A DNA stretch of 64,000 nucleotides, from IMG/VR virus record IMGVR_UViG_3300048881_000548, positions 7,103 to 71,102 of that record; one strand, given 5' to 3'. Source of the stretch: a virus (Duplodnaviria; Caudoviricetes). Positions 8,484 through 17,086 of this stretch are shown here, one piece after another. Every line of letters begins with the position of its first letter. Within the stretch, counting starts at the first letter, position 1. The position numbers and the translations under genes are program-made. A model generated the notes under the pieces. The model made no database searches. It was not told the DNA's origin and saw only the letters and a program-made list of their open reading frames with translations.

Positions 8484-8860
8484 GGGAAGAAGCCTGTAGC
8501 GCCCCAGGCCAGAGAGGCAAGTGAGGCAGTGAAAGCCTAGTCGCTACGTAAGTAGGCAGGCAGGCCATTCAGACTCTAGCTTGAGCTGCGCGGCAACGCA
8601 GCCTTCCCACCACTCACGTAGCCGCATGGGCTCGGGAGGTCGACCCAAGACGTTGGGCGCGACGCCCGGTAAGCCGTCCCAAGTGGGCGCATGATGACCG
8701 CCGCGAACAGTGCGGCAACTAATGGAGACCGGCGTTAGAGAGGAGAGTGGGTAACCGGCGCCCTCATGCTCTCCTCGCCACGTTAGTGGCCAGCTATCAA
8801 ATTCCCTCACTTAGCCTACGTAAGGCCCAACGAGCTTTACGTAGGCTTACGTGCGTCTAG
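8484..8860 (+). ncRNA. Candidate ~380-nt multibranch structured RNA or packaging-signal region upstream of terS (strand assumed)
   Basis: No credible ORF. Nested stems include 8496-8501/8542-8547, 8585-8590/8597-8602, 8740-8747/8769-8776, 8813-8823/8837-8847 and 8612-8620/8848-8856. Confidence 0.5.
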
Positions 8861-8889
8861 CCGCTAGTAGCGCTAAGGAGATAAATACC

Positions 8890-9288
8890 GTGGAAACACC
8901 AAGGACCAAGAACAAGGGTGGCCGCCCCCAGGGCTCCATGAATAAGCTCGCCGCCCAGGCCATCGAGCAAGCCAAGCTACAGGGCTTGCTGCCCCACGAG
9001 CTACTGCTGCAGGTCGCCAGGGGAGAGCCAATGCACCGCATGGTAGTTAAGCGCGGCCTCATCATGGAAGAGCCAGAGGCCTACGACTTCCAAGCCAGGC
9101 TTGACGCCATGAAAGCAGCGGCGCCTTACTACGCGCCGAAGATCAGCACAGTCGAAGTGATTAGTGGGGTACCCGATGCCGAGCTTGATGCAATCATTGC
9201 GCGCCTTGCCGCCGAAGCAGGCATTGATACTGGCGCTCACGGAGAAAGCCAGACGGGAGAAGATTCGGGCGACGAGGGAGACGGCTAG
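8890..9288 (+). CDS. terS: Terminase small subunit
   Basis: KGGRPQGSMNK N-terminus and RLDAMKAAAPYYAPK motif; overlaps terL. Confidence 0.75.
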   Translation: METPRTKNKGGRPQGSMNKLAAQAIEQAKLQGLLPHELLLQVARGEPMHRMVVKRGLIMEEPEAYDFQARLDAMKAAAPYYAPKISTVEVISGVPDAELDAIIARLAAEAGIDTGAHGESQTGEDSGDEGDG

Positions 9289-10693
9289 CCAGAGCGTCAG
9301 TGACCACGGCGACCTGCGCCCCGAGTTCAAGAACAGCCCGAGCCTAGTACTGGACCGCAATCACCCGCTCAGCGACCTCTACTACAAGAAGGCCCGCAAT
9401 AAGGTCTACTGGGGTGGGCGGGGTTCCGCCAAGTCGTGGGCATTTGCAGAAGCCCTAGTGCGGCTCGCTAGTGCGCTGCCTCTACGTATCCTCTGCACTC
9501 GCGAGTTCCAGATCAGCATCCGCGACTCCAGCCACAAGCTGCTCAAGGACACGATCACGCGACTCGGCATGGATAGTTGGTTCATCGTCACCGACAAGAG
9601 CATCCGATCTCGTGTCGGTGCCGAGTTCATCTTCAAGGGCCTGCACGGCGCAGAGAATGGCATCCGCTCCATGGAAGGCGTCGACATCGCCTGGGTGGAG
9701 GAAGCCCAGACCGTGACGGCACTAAGCTGGCAGAGCCTGACGCCTACCTTGCGCAACGAAGGCTCCGAAGTCTGGGTGAGCTTCAACCTGATCGACGAGA
9801 ACGACGCCACGTATCAGCGCTTCGTGAAGGCGCCGCCCACGGATCCCAATAGCACGGTCTGCGAGCCCAGGCGGCCTGACTCGATCGTGCACAAGGTCAA
9901 CTACGATCGCAATCCATTCTTCACCACTGTCTTGCGCAATGAGATGGAGGCCGACAAAGCCAGCGACTACCACCTCTACGAGCACATCTGGCTGGGCATG
10001 CCCCGCAAGATCAGCTCGGCTATCGTGCTCAACCAGAAGTACGTCGTCATGGACTTCGACGACGAGCTGTGGAAGGAGGCCCCGCGGTTGCTCTACGGCG
10101 CCGACTTCGGCTACTCCCAGGATCCCTCGACGCTCAGCCGCATGTTCATCTTGCCGGCCAGCATCCGGGAGCCAGGGGCACGAGGCGAGGATCTCTACAT
10201 CAGCCACGAGGCCTACGGCTCACACGTGGAGACCGAGGAATACGACGAGTTCTACGGCGACGTGCCTGGCAGCAAGGAATGGCACATCAAGGCCGACGCC
10301 GCGCGACCCGAGACCATCTCGGCCATCCGCAGGCGCGGCTACGCCATCAGTGCCGCCGAGAAGTGGGAGGGCAGCGTCAAGGACGGCATCCAGGCGTTGC
10401 GCAGCTTCAACAAGATCGTGATCCACACGCGATGCAAGCATCACGCCAGGGAGGCCTTCTTGTGGCGCTGGAAGGTGGACCCCAAGCAAGTCGACGACAA
10501 GGGCCAACCGCTGGTGCTGCCCATCCTCGTCGACAAGAACAACCACACGTGGGATGGCGTGCGCTACGGCCTTGACGGCTACATCCAGCGCACCGGGGCC
10601 ATGGGCATGTGGGCGAAGCTCGGTCAGACCACTCCAGGCCTGCCCGATCCATCGAAGGGCGTGCTACCCGGCACTGCCCTCACGCGAACGTAA
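9176..10693 (+). CDS. terL: Terminase large subunit (PBSX family)
   Basis: WGGRGSAKS Walker A, CTREFQISIRDS, WVEEAQ Walker B, GADFGYSQDP and DKNNHTWDGVRYGL nuclease motifs. Confidence 0.95.
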   Translation: MPSLMQSLRALPPKQALILALTEKARREKIRATRETASQSVSDHGDLRPEFKNSPSLVLDRNHPLSDLYYKKARNKVYWGGRGSAKSWAFAEALVRLASALPLRILCTREFQISIRDSSHKLLKDTITRLGMDSWFIVTDKSIRSRVGAEFIFKGLHGAENGIRSMEGVDIAWVEEAQTVTALSWQSLTPTLRNEGSEVWVSFNLIDENDATYQRFVKAPPTDPNSTVCEPRRPDSIVHKVNYDRNPFFTTVLRNEMEADKASDYHLYEHIWLGMPRKISSAIVLNQKYVVMDFDDELWKEAPRLLYGADFGYSQDPSTLSRMFILPASIREPGARGEDLYISHEAYGSHVETEEYDEFYGDVPGSKEWHIKADAARPETISAIRRRGYAISAAEKWEGSVKDGIQALRSFNKIVIHTRCKHHAREAFLWRWKVDPKQVDDKGQPLVLPILVDKNNHTWDGVRYGLDGYIQRTGAMGMWAKLGQTTPGLPDPSKGVLPGTALTRT

Positions 10694-10705
10694 GGAGAAA
10701 CCCAG

Positions 10706-10969
10706 ATGGACAGCATCCAACATCTTCAAGTCACGCGAAACCTTGGCGCTCCCAAGGACTGGGACGTGAGCAAAGGCAAGTGTGGCAGCCTTCCTATTCA
10801 GGACATCGAGTACGCCGGAGCCCCTGCCATGCAAAGCCTGTGGCGGCCCTCGGCGCACGAGCTGGAGGCGTTGAAGCGTGGTGCCGTGCTGAGCCTGATC
10901 GTCTTAGGCAGCGTGCACCCTCCTGTGTCTCTTTTCATTACCGATGATCCCCTCAAGAAAGGAGCCTGA
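10706..10969 (+). CDS. Conserved phage hypothetical protein
   Basis: LGAPKDWD...CGSLP...W.PS..EL..L...HPPV pattern; RBS. Confidence 0.75.
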   Translation: MDSIQHLQVTRNLGAPKDWDVSKGKCGSLPIQDIEYAGAPAMQSLWRPSAHELEALKRGAVLSLIVLGSVHPPVSLFITDDPLKKGA

Positions 10970-10970
10970 A

Positions 10971-11342
10971 ATGGCAACCAGCAAGCAAAAGGCCAAGGCC
11001 AGTCAAGCCCCAGCAGGTGAGGAGGCCCAGCAACCGGCCCAGATCGAGCAGGAAGCCCCGCAAAGCCAGGCGGTGCCCCATCCCCCCACGAAGGCCCGCA
11101 AGACGGCGCCTATCGCCCCCAAGGCGACGAGCGGCAACAGCCCCCAGGTCGTGCTGGCCATCCGCAATGCCATTGCCGAGGCGCTCTACACGCGCCACGC
11201 CGATGCCATCCCGGCTGGCATCGAGAAGATCGGCGCGCTGTCCACGCTCAAGGCTCACCCGAGCGTGGCCGCCTACAAGGCCGAGGCCCTCGACTACCTG
11301 CGCGGCAAGCTGGCGCCTGCCGACGAGGAGCAGGAGGCATGA
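10971..11342 (+). CDS. Hypothetical protein (Pro/Ala/Gln-rich N-terminus)
   Basis: RBS AAGGAG; ATGA coupling. Confidence 0.7.
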   Translation: MATSKQKAKASQAPAGEEAQQPAQIEQEAPQSQAVPHPPTKARKTAPIAPKATSGNSPQVVLAIRNAIAEALYTRHADAIPAGIEKIGALSTLKAHPSVAAYKAEALDYLRGKLAPADEEQEA

Positions 11343-11938
11343 GCCGGGTGGTCATCCACTTGGCGAATGGCTCGCGCGTGCGCTTCCTCGATTCACCGGG
11401 GGAGCGGCTGCGCGGCCTCATGCAGGCCACGGGGCGCACGAGCCACCGCGACATGCTCGCCGCGCAGATGGAGCCCTACATGCACGGCACGAAGGAGGCG
11501 GCAACGCCTCTCTACGCAGCCTACCCCCTCACCCAGGTCAGCCATGACGCCCTGGCCGGGTGGTGCGCCATGTGGGGGCTGCCCCTCGTCATGGACCCCC
11601 ACGTGACGGTGGCCTACACGCGAAAGCCCATCATGGCCAGCCGCGTGCCCAAGACGAGCGCAGGCATGGTGGTTCCACCTGGCGGCCGCAGCATCGAGCG
11701 CTTCGGCGATTCCATCGTGCTCTGCCTGGACTGCGACGAGCTGCAAGCCAGGCATGCCGACTACGTCAAGGCTGGGGCGAGCTGGGACTACCCGAGCTAT
11801 CGCCCCCACATCACGTTGGCGCATGCCGATGTCATGGGGCCGACGTCCGAGGATCTCATCCCGCCCTACGACGAGCCCATCACACTCGACGCTGAAACGA
11901 GAAGCCCAATCCTCTCGCAAAGCGACCTAGCTACTTGA
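11339..11938 (+). CDS. acb1: Anti-CBASS Acb1-like 2H phosphoesterase with N-terminal extension
   Basis: Two HxT motifs, PHVTVAYT and GASWDYPSYRPHITL, matching the T4 gp57B/Acb1 pattern. Confidence 0.75.
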   Translation: MSRVVIHLANGSRVRFLDSPGERLRGLMQATGRTSHRDMLAAQMEPYMHGTKEAATPLYAAYPLTQVSHDALAGWCAMWGLPLVMDPHVTVAYTRKPIMASRVPKTSAGMVVPPGGRSIERFGDSIVLCLDCDELQARHADYVKAGASWDYPSYRPHITLAHADVMGPTSEDLIPPYDEPITLDAETRSPILSQSDLAT

Positions 11939-12294
11939 AGGAGCAGCCCGTGAAGCAGATACATATTCACCTGCATCGACACGCCACGCAGGACACGAAC
12001 TGGGAGGAGAGCAAGCATCCTCGCGCCTCCAATGGCAAGTTCGGCAAGGGAGGCGGTAAAGCCGACGCGAAGGCGACCGCCAAAGCCTTCGCAGAGCTGA
12101 AGAGCCACCCCAACTACAGCGAGGCCGACTTCACCTACCTCAAGGACAAGGGCTACTCGCCCGATGAGATCCGCGCCATCTGGGATCGCGACCGCAAGGC
12201 AGGCCACGGCCCGCAGCTCGGCAACAAGAACAGCGCTGAGAACAAGCACCACATGCAGCAGATCGGCAAGGCCATGGGCCTGGGCCGCAAGTAA
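11935..12294 (+). CDS. Putative internal head protein
   Basis: IHIHLH...TQD leader followed by WEESKHPRASNGKFGKGG, an HPR..G.F motif seen in phage head-associated proteins. Confidence 0.65.
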   Translation: MKEQPVKQIHIHLHRHATQDTNWEESKHPRASNGKFGKGGGKADAKATAKAFAELKSHPNYSEADFTYLKDKGYSPDEIRAIWDRDRKAGHGPQLGNKNSAENKHHMQQIGKAMGLGRK

Positions 12295-12315
12295 ACCACT
12301 TACCAAGGAGTGCCC

Positions 12316-13935
12316 ATGGCTGCAAAGCTATCAGTCCGCGCAGCCGTGCGCGATGCCAAGCGCGAGGACACGGCGGCCCGCAAGACGCTGACGGCCGTGG
12401 GGGGCTACAAGACCCCGGATCACGGCAAGAAGCTCGTCACGGCGGCCACGATGGACAACTTCGTGAACTTCGCCCACAAGCTGGGCGTGGGCGCCGATAA
12501 CGCGCTCACCAGCGGCACGTATGGCTTCAACCCCATCACGCGCAACCGCCTGCTGCTCGAGTGGATCCACCGCGGATCCTGGCTGGGTGGCGTGGCCGTC
12601 GACATCATCGCCGACGACATGACGCGCGCCGGCGTGGACTTCACCACGGAGATGGACCCCAGCGACCAGGAAGACCTGGAGCACGAGATCACCAACCTCG
12701 GCATCTGGGACAGCCTGAATGAAGGCATCCAGTGGGGGCGCCTCTACGGCGGCTCCATCGTCGTGGCGCTGATCGACGGCCAGGATCCCAAGACGCCGCT
12801 GCGCCTGGAGACCGTGGGCCCCGACCAGTTTAAGGGCCTCACCGTCCTCGACCGCTGGATGATCGAGCCCAGCCTGGAGGATCTCGTCACGGACTACGGG
12901 CCGCACCTGGGCCTGCCGAAGTACTACAAGGTGCAGGCCAACGCCCCTGCCCTCCGCGGCCAGGTCGTGCATCACAGCCGCGTGGTGCTGCGGCATGTCG
13001 GCATCAAGCTGCCTTACCAGCAGGCCATGACGGAGAACCTCTGGGGCATCTCCGTGCTTGAGCGGCTCTACGACCGCATGATTGCCTTCGACTCGGCAAG
13101 CACGGGCGCCGCGCAGCTCGTCTTCAAGAGCCACCTGCGCACGCTCAAGATCCCCGGCTTGCGCGAGATCGTGGCGGCAGGCGGGCAGACCTTGAATGGC
13201 CTGCTTGCCTACACGGAGATGATGCGGCGCTTCCAGGGCATCGAAGGCATGACGCTGATCGATGGCGAGGACGAGTTCGACGTGCAGACGTCGACTGCCT
13301 TTAGTGGCGTCGACTCCGTCATCACGCAGCTCGGCCAGCAGCTCAGCGGCGCCCTGCAGATCCCCATGACCCGCCTCTTCGGGCAGGCCCCAGGCGGCAT
13401 GAGCACGGATGACCAGAGCGGCATGCGGACCTACCACGACGGCATCCAGCAGAAGCAGCGCAAGGAGATGACCCAGGGCGTGACCATGGTCTACAAGCTC
13501 ACGGCAGCCAGCAAGGCCATCAAGCTGCCGCCGAACTTCGCCCTGGACTTCGCAAGCCTGCAGCAGATGAGCGACGAGCAGAAAGCCACGGTGGCCGGTC
13601 AGATCACGGACTCCGTCACCAAGGCCCTCGACGCTGGCCTCGTCACGCAGCAAACCGGCATGCAGGAGCTGCGCCAGAGCAGCCGCACTACGGGCGTCTT
13701 CACGAAGATCACCAGCGAGGCCATCGAAGCCGCTGATGACGAAGTGCAGCCGCCCATCAGCGAACTCGACCAGCAGCTCATGCTCACCGAGGCCGCCGCC
13801 AGTGCGAAGACGGCGGGCGGCAATGAAGAGGAAGACACGTCACTGCCAGGAGATGAGAATGACAAGACTCGACCGAACGGGCAAGAGAAGCCAGTGGGAA
13901 GTCGCCAGAGGCGTCGAGCGCTCGTACCAGAGTAG
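12316..13935 (+). CDS. Portal protein (DUF1073 family)
   Basis: SWLGGVAVDIIADDMTRAG, WGRLYGG, HHSRV, WGISVL and IPMTRLFGQAPGG. Confidence 0.9.
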   Translation: MAAKLSVRAAVRDAKREDTAARKTLTAVGGYKTPDHGKKLVTAATMDNFVNFAHKLGVGADNALTSGTYGFNPITRNRLLLEWIHRGSWLGGVAVDIIADDMTRAGVDFTTEMDPSDQEDLEHEITNLGIWDSLNEGIQWGRLYGGSIVVALIDGQDPKTPLRLETVGPDQFKGLTVLDRWMIEPSLEDLVTDYGPHLGLPKYYKVQANAPALRGQVVHHSRVVLRHVGIKLPYQQAMTENLWGISVLERLYDRMIAFDSASTGAAQLVFKSHLRTLKIPGLREIVAAGGQTLNGLLAYTEMMRRFQGIEGMTLIDGEDEFDVQTSTAFSGVDSVITQLGQQLSGALQIPMTRLFGQAPGGMSTDDQSGMRTYHDGIQQKQRKEMTQGVTMVYKLTAASKAIKLPPNFALDFASLQQMSDEQKATVAGQITDSVTKALDAGLVTQQTGMQELRQSSRTTGVFTKITSEAIEAADDEVQPPISELDQQLMLTEAAASAKTAGGNEEEDTSLPGDENDKTRPNGQEKPVGSRQRRRALVPE

Positions 13936-14608
13936 GCTCCTCACCGTCGCCAAGCAAGTCGGCGACATGGTGAGTGGCCTCGCCCCTGGGGGCATCGTGA
14001 CGGATCTCGGCGCCCTCCTCGACATGCTCAATCGCTACAGCGCGCTCATCACGCCCTGGGCTACCAGCGTAGCCAATGCCATGGTGAGCGACGTCAACCG
14101 GCGCAACGAGCTGATCTGGAAGCGCGTTGGTAAGCAGATGGGGCGCGAGATCCGCAACGAGATTGCCACGAGCCCGCAGGGCATCGTCTACCGCGATCTC
14201 ATGGCGGAGAACGTCGACCTCATCAAGAGCATCCCGCTCAAGGCTGGGGAGCGCGTGCAGAAGCTCACGACAGAGGCCTTGTCCACGGGCCGCCGCGCCG
14301 AGAGCATTGCCCGCGAGATCCAGAACACGACGCGCGTATCGAAGAGCCGAGCCAGGCTCATCGCTCGCACGGAGGTGGCTCGCACTTCTGCCCTCTTCAC
14401 GCAGGCCCGCGCCATGCAGGTCGGCAGCGAGGGCTACATCTGGCGCACGAGTGAGGACTCCGACGTGCGCGAAACCCACAAGGCCCAAAACGGCAAGTAC
14501 ATCCGCTGGGATAAGCCGCCAAAGACCGACAAGGATCTCGACCCCTACCACGCGGGCTGCGGGCCGAACTGCCGCTGCTACCCGGAGCCCGTCTTCCCAG
14601 AACTCTAG
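13859..14608 (+). CDS. Minor head protein (MuF/SPP1 gp7 family)
   Basis: RARLIARTE, YIWRTSEDSDVRETH and HAGCGPNCRC. Confidence 0.9.
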   Translation: MTRLDRTGKRSQWEVARGVERSYQSRLLTVAKQVGDMVSGLAPGGIVTDLGALLDMLNRYSALITPWATSVANAMVSDVNRRNELIWKRVGKQMGREIRNEIATSPQGIVYRDLMAENVDLIKSIPLKAGERVQKLTTEALSTGRRAESIAREIQNTTRVSKSRARLIARTEVARTSALFTQARAMQVGSEGYIWRTSEDSDVRETHKAQNGKYIRWDKPPKTDKDLDPYHAGCGPNCRCYPEPVFPEL

Positions 14609-14620
14609 AAAGGAATCGCA

Positions 14621-14878
14621 ATGGCAACGTTCAATGCAAGCCTCTATCAGGGCTCCAATGCACCAGCTCAGGGGGCACAGCCAGTCGTCAACGACACGCC
14701 CTTCGGCTTCCAGGCACGGGCCCTCTACGTGGGCGTCGGTGGCAACATCGCCGTGACCATGGCCGATGGTTCCACCGCCGTCTTCTCCAACGTTCCAGGG
14801 GGCTCCGTCCTGCCGATCCGCTGCACGCTCGTTGCGGCATCCGGCACGACGGCGACGAACCTGATCGCCCTCTACTGA
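14621..14878 (+). CDS. Head spike base protein (RcGTA Rcc01079-like)
   Basis: RALYVGVGGNIAV...F.NVPGG.VLPI...SGTTATNLIALY signature. Confidence 0.75.
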   Translation: MATFNASLYQGSNAPAQGAQPVVNDTPFGFQARALYVGVGGNIAVTMADGSTAVFSNVPGGSVLPIRCTLVAASGTTATNLIALY

Positions 14879-14879
14879 G

Positions 14880-15305
14880 ATGATTGGTCTCGGCCTCAAC
14901 ATCTGGCGCAACCAAGCCGGATCTCGCTTGGGCCCCGAGCTGGTTGTCAACGGAGACTTCAGCAATGGCGCCACGGGCTGGACGCTGGGCACCAACTGGG
15001 CAGTGAGTGCGGGGCTCCTAGTCGCTACCGCTGCAGCCCAGGACTCTTTTACGAAGACAACCGCGGGCGTGGTGATCGCCGGCAAGTCCTACCAGATCAA
15101 GATCGACGCCCCTGCCTACACGTCGGGTGGATGGAAGGTCTTGCTGGAGGGCGGCGCCAACGTCTTCGGCGACAAGACGGGCAGCGGCTCCTTCACTGCC
15201 ATCGTGCCGGTCACGGTCACCGGCAGTCTCTATATCTGGGCCAACGCCTTGCTGACGGCGGCCTTCGACAACGTCTCCGTAAGAGAAGTTCTTCCACCCA
15301 CTTGA
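14880..15305 (+). CDS. Head spike/fibre with carbohydrate-binding-like domain
   Basis: MIGLGL anchor-type N-terminus; ELVVNGDF...GW...DNVSVRE CBM-like pattern. Confidence 0.6.
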   Translation: MIGLGLNIWRNQAGSRLGPELVVNGDFSNGATGWTLGTNWAVSAGLLVATAAAQDSFTKTTAGVVIAGKSYQIKIDAPAYTSGGWKVLLEGGANVFGDKTGSGSFTAIVPVTVTGSLYIWANALLTAAFDNVSVREVLPPT

Positions 15306-15314
15306 AAGAAACCA

Positions 15315-15587
15315 ATGGCAACTACTCCCCGTCCCCAGACCCATCCGCTGACCCGCGACTTGCTCGCCATGGGTGTCGTGCGGCTCTCCGCCGATGGCAC
15401 CACACTCCTGGCCCCCGATGGCACGGCTCTCGCCGGACTCGCCGGCGTGGCCCCGGCTGCAACGTCTACTGTGGCGGGCGTCGTCAAGCAAGGCGCCACC
15501 GTCGCCAATGCCACCGATGCCGCCACGGCCATCACCCAGCTCAACGCCCTCATCGCCAGCCTTCGGGCCGCTGGCTCCATCGCTTAA
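15315..15587 (+). CDS. Head fibre/decoration protein
   Basis: PAAT..AGVVKQ...QLNALIASLRAAG trimeric head-fibre motif. Confidence 0.7.
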   Translation: MATTPRPQTHPLTRDLLAMGVVRLSADGTTLLAPDGTALAGLAGVAPAATSTVAGVVKQGATVANATDAATAITQLNALIASLRAAGSIA

Positions 15588-15601
15588 CCAAGGAGGCTCT
15601 C

Positions 15602-17026
15602 ATGCAATCGCATCGAACTGCCGACCGCGGGCCTCCCGGCCAAGGTCAAGGGCAGGTCATGGCCGTGCACACGGTCCACCAGATCGGTCCCAATCGCCAG
15701 CTCTTGCCGAATGGCAATCTGCTGTGCACCGCCGTGCCCATTGCACGGAGTGGCTGGCTACTTTACGGGCCCGGTGAGGTGCCCGTCAAGCCGGGCGCCA
15801 ATGGCATCGTCTACATCGAGCGGAAGACGGAGGATCTCTTCAATCCTCTGACGATGGCGAGCTTCAACGCAGCAGCGCTGACGAACGACCACCCCACCGA
15901 TGACGTGACCCCCCTGAACTGGAATGGCCTCGCCGGTGGCTTTGCCATCAACGTGCGCCAGGGCACGGGAGACGATGCCGACGTCCTGCTTGCCGACCTC
16001 ATGGTGACCAACAAGGATCTCATCGACGCCATCCAGAAAGGCAAGATTGAGGTCAGTGCGGGTTACGACGCCGACTACGTGGACCTCGGCGATGGCTTCG
16101 GCCGTCAGTCCAACATCATCGGCAACCACATCGCATTGGTCGAAAAAGGCCGCTGCGGTCCTCGCTGCGCAATCGGCGACAACGCTTTCTTTGTTCCACC
16201 ACCGCTCTCAAAGGAAACACCCATGAGCACCCGTACCCCCCTGCGCCAATCGCGCGTTCCGCTCGTCGACGAAGCAGCCAAGGAAGCCGCACGCCAGAAG
16301 GTGCGCGACGCCCAGCTCGAACTCGAGGCCCTCGAAGAAGCCGGCGAAGAAGGCAACGCCACGCACGTGCACATCCACAACTACGGCGGCGACGCCACGA
16401 AACCGCCCGCCGATGGCAGCAGCGCTGGCAAGACCCTCGACGCGGCCACCGAAGAGCGCTTCGTGAAGCTCGAAGGCGGCCTCGACGAGATCAAGGCCCT
16501 CATCAAGGGCATCGTCACCAAGGATGCCGCCGCCCCCGAGGAAGACGACGAAGAGATGGAAGACGACGGCAAGGGCGGCAAGCGCAAGAAGACCAAGGCA
16601 GGCACTGGTGACAGCGCAGCCCTGGCCACGAGCTACACCACCCTGGCCAGCCAGGCCGAGATCCTGCAGCCCGGCTTCAAGGTGCCCACGTTCGACGCGG
16701 CGGCCACGCGCGCCCAGACGGTGGACCGCATGTGCAACGTGCGCCGCAAGGTGCTCGATGCCTTCGGCGCCACGACCGAAGGCGCTGCCATGCTGCTCGC
16801 CGCCAACGGCGGCCAACCCGTCGACCTGCTGACGATGGACTGCGCGACCTGCGCCACGCTGTTCACCTCGGCTGCTGCCGCGAAGGCCGCCGCGAACAAT
16901 GCCTCGGCAACGCGCGACAGCGCCCGCATGGCGGCAGGCACGGGCGTCATGAACGTCGATGCCCCCAAGCTGCCCAGCCCGGCCGACTTCAACAAGGCGG
17001 CACAAGACTTCTGGAAGGGCCAATAA
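15602..17026 (+). CDS. Prohead protease-scaffold (DUF2213 family)
   Basis: VPIARSG, TNDHP, EVSAGY and NHIALVEKGRCGPRCAIGD; acidic scaffold C-terminal half. Confidence 0.9.
   Translation: MQSHRTADRGPPGQGQGQVMAVHTVHQIGPNRQLLPNGNLLCTAVPIARSGWLLYGPGEVPVKPGANGIVYIERKTEDLFNPLTMASFNAAALTNDHPTDDVTPLNWNGLAGGFAINVRQGTGDDADVLLADLMVTNKDLIDAIQKGKIEVSAGYDADYVDLGDGFGRQSNIIGNHIALVEKGRCGPRCAIGDNAFFVPPPLSKETPMSTRTPLRQSRVPLVDEAAKEAARQKVRDAQLELEALEEAGEEGNATHVHIHNYGGDATKPPADGSSAGKTLDAATEERFVKLEGGLDEIKALIKGIVTKDAAAPEEDDEEMEDDGKGGKRKKTKAGTGDSAALATSYTTLASQAEILQPGFKVPTFDAAATRAQTVDRMCNVRRKVLDAFGATTEGAAMLLAANGGQPVDLLTMDCATCATLFTSAAAAKAAANNASATRDSARMAAGTGVMNVDAPKLPSPADFNKAAQDFWKGQ
16223..17026 (+). CDS. Nested scaffolding protein (internal in-frame start)
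   Basis: AAGGAA RBS then an in-frame ATG (MSTRTPLR) right after the protease domain. Confidence 0.6.
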   Translation: MSTRTPLRQSRVPLVDEAAKEAARQKVRDAQLELEALEEAGEEGNATHVHIHNYGGDATKPPADGSSAGKTLDAATEERFVKLEGGLDEIKALIKGIVTKDAAAPEEDDEEMEDDGKGGKRKKTKAGTGDSAALATSYTTLASQAEILQPGFKVPTFDAAATRAQTVDRMCNVRRKVLDAFGATTEGAAMLLAANGGQPVDLLTMDCATCATLFTSAAAAKAAANNASATRDSARMAAGTGVMNVDAPKLPSPADFNKAAQDFWKGQ

Positions 17027-17086
17027 GACGAAAAGCCCTCCCATCAACCAGTAAGCACTCCTTCAACTCCTGAACAGGAATACGAA

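Noticed and set aside
8484-8860. Group I/II intron or hammerhead ribozyme
   Set aside because: The region does not interrupt a gene, and no P7, domain V or CUGAUGA...GAAA core was found.
12316-13935. Calling the DUF1073 protein itself Acb1
   Set aside because: It has portal motifs and position and no HxT pair. The 2H domain is in the separate gene at 11339-11938.
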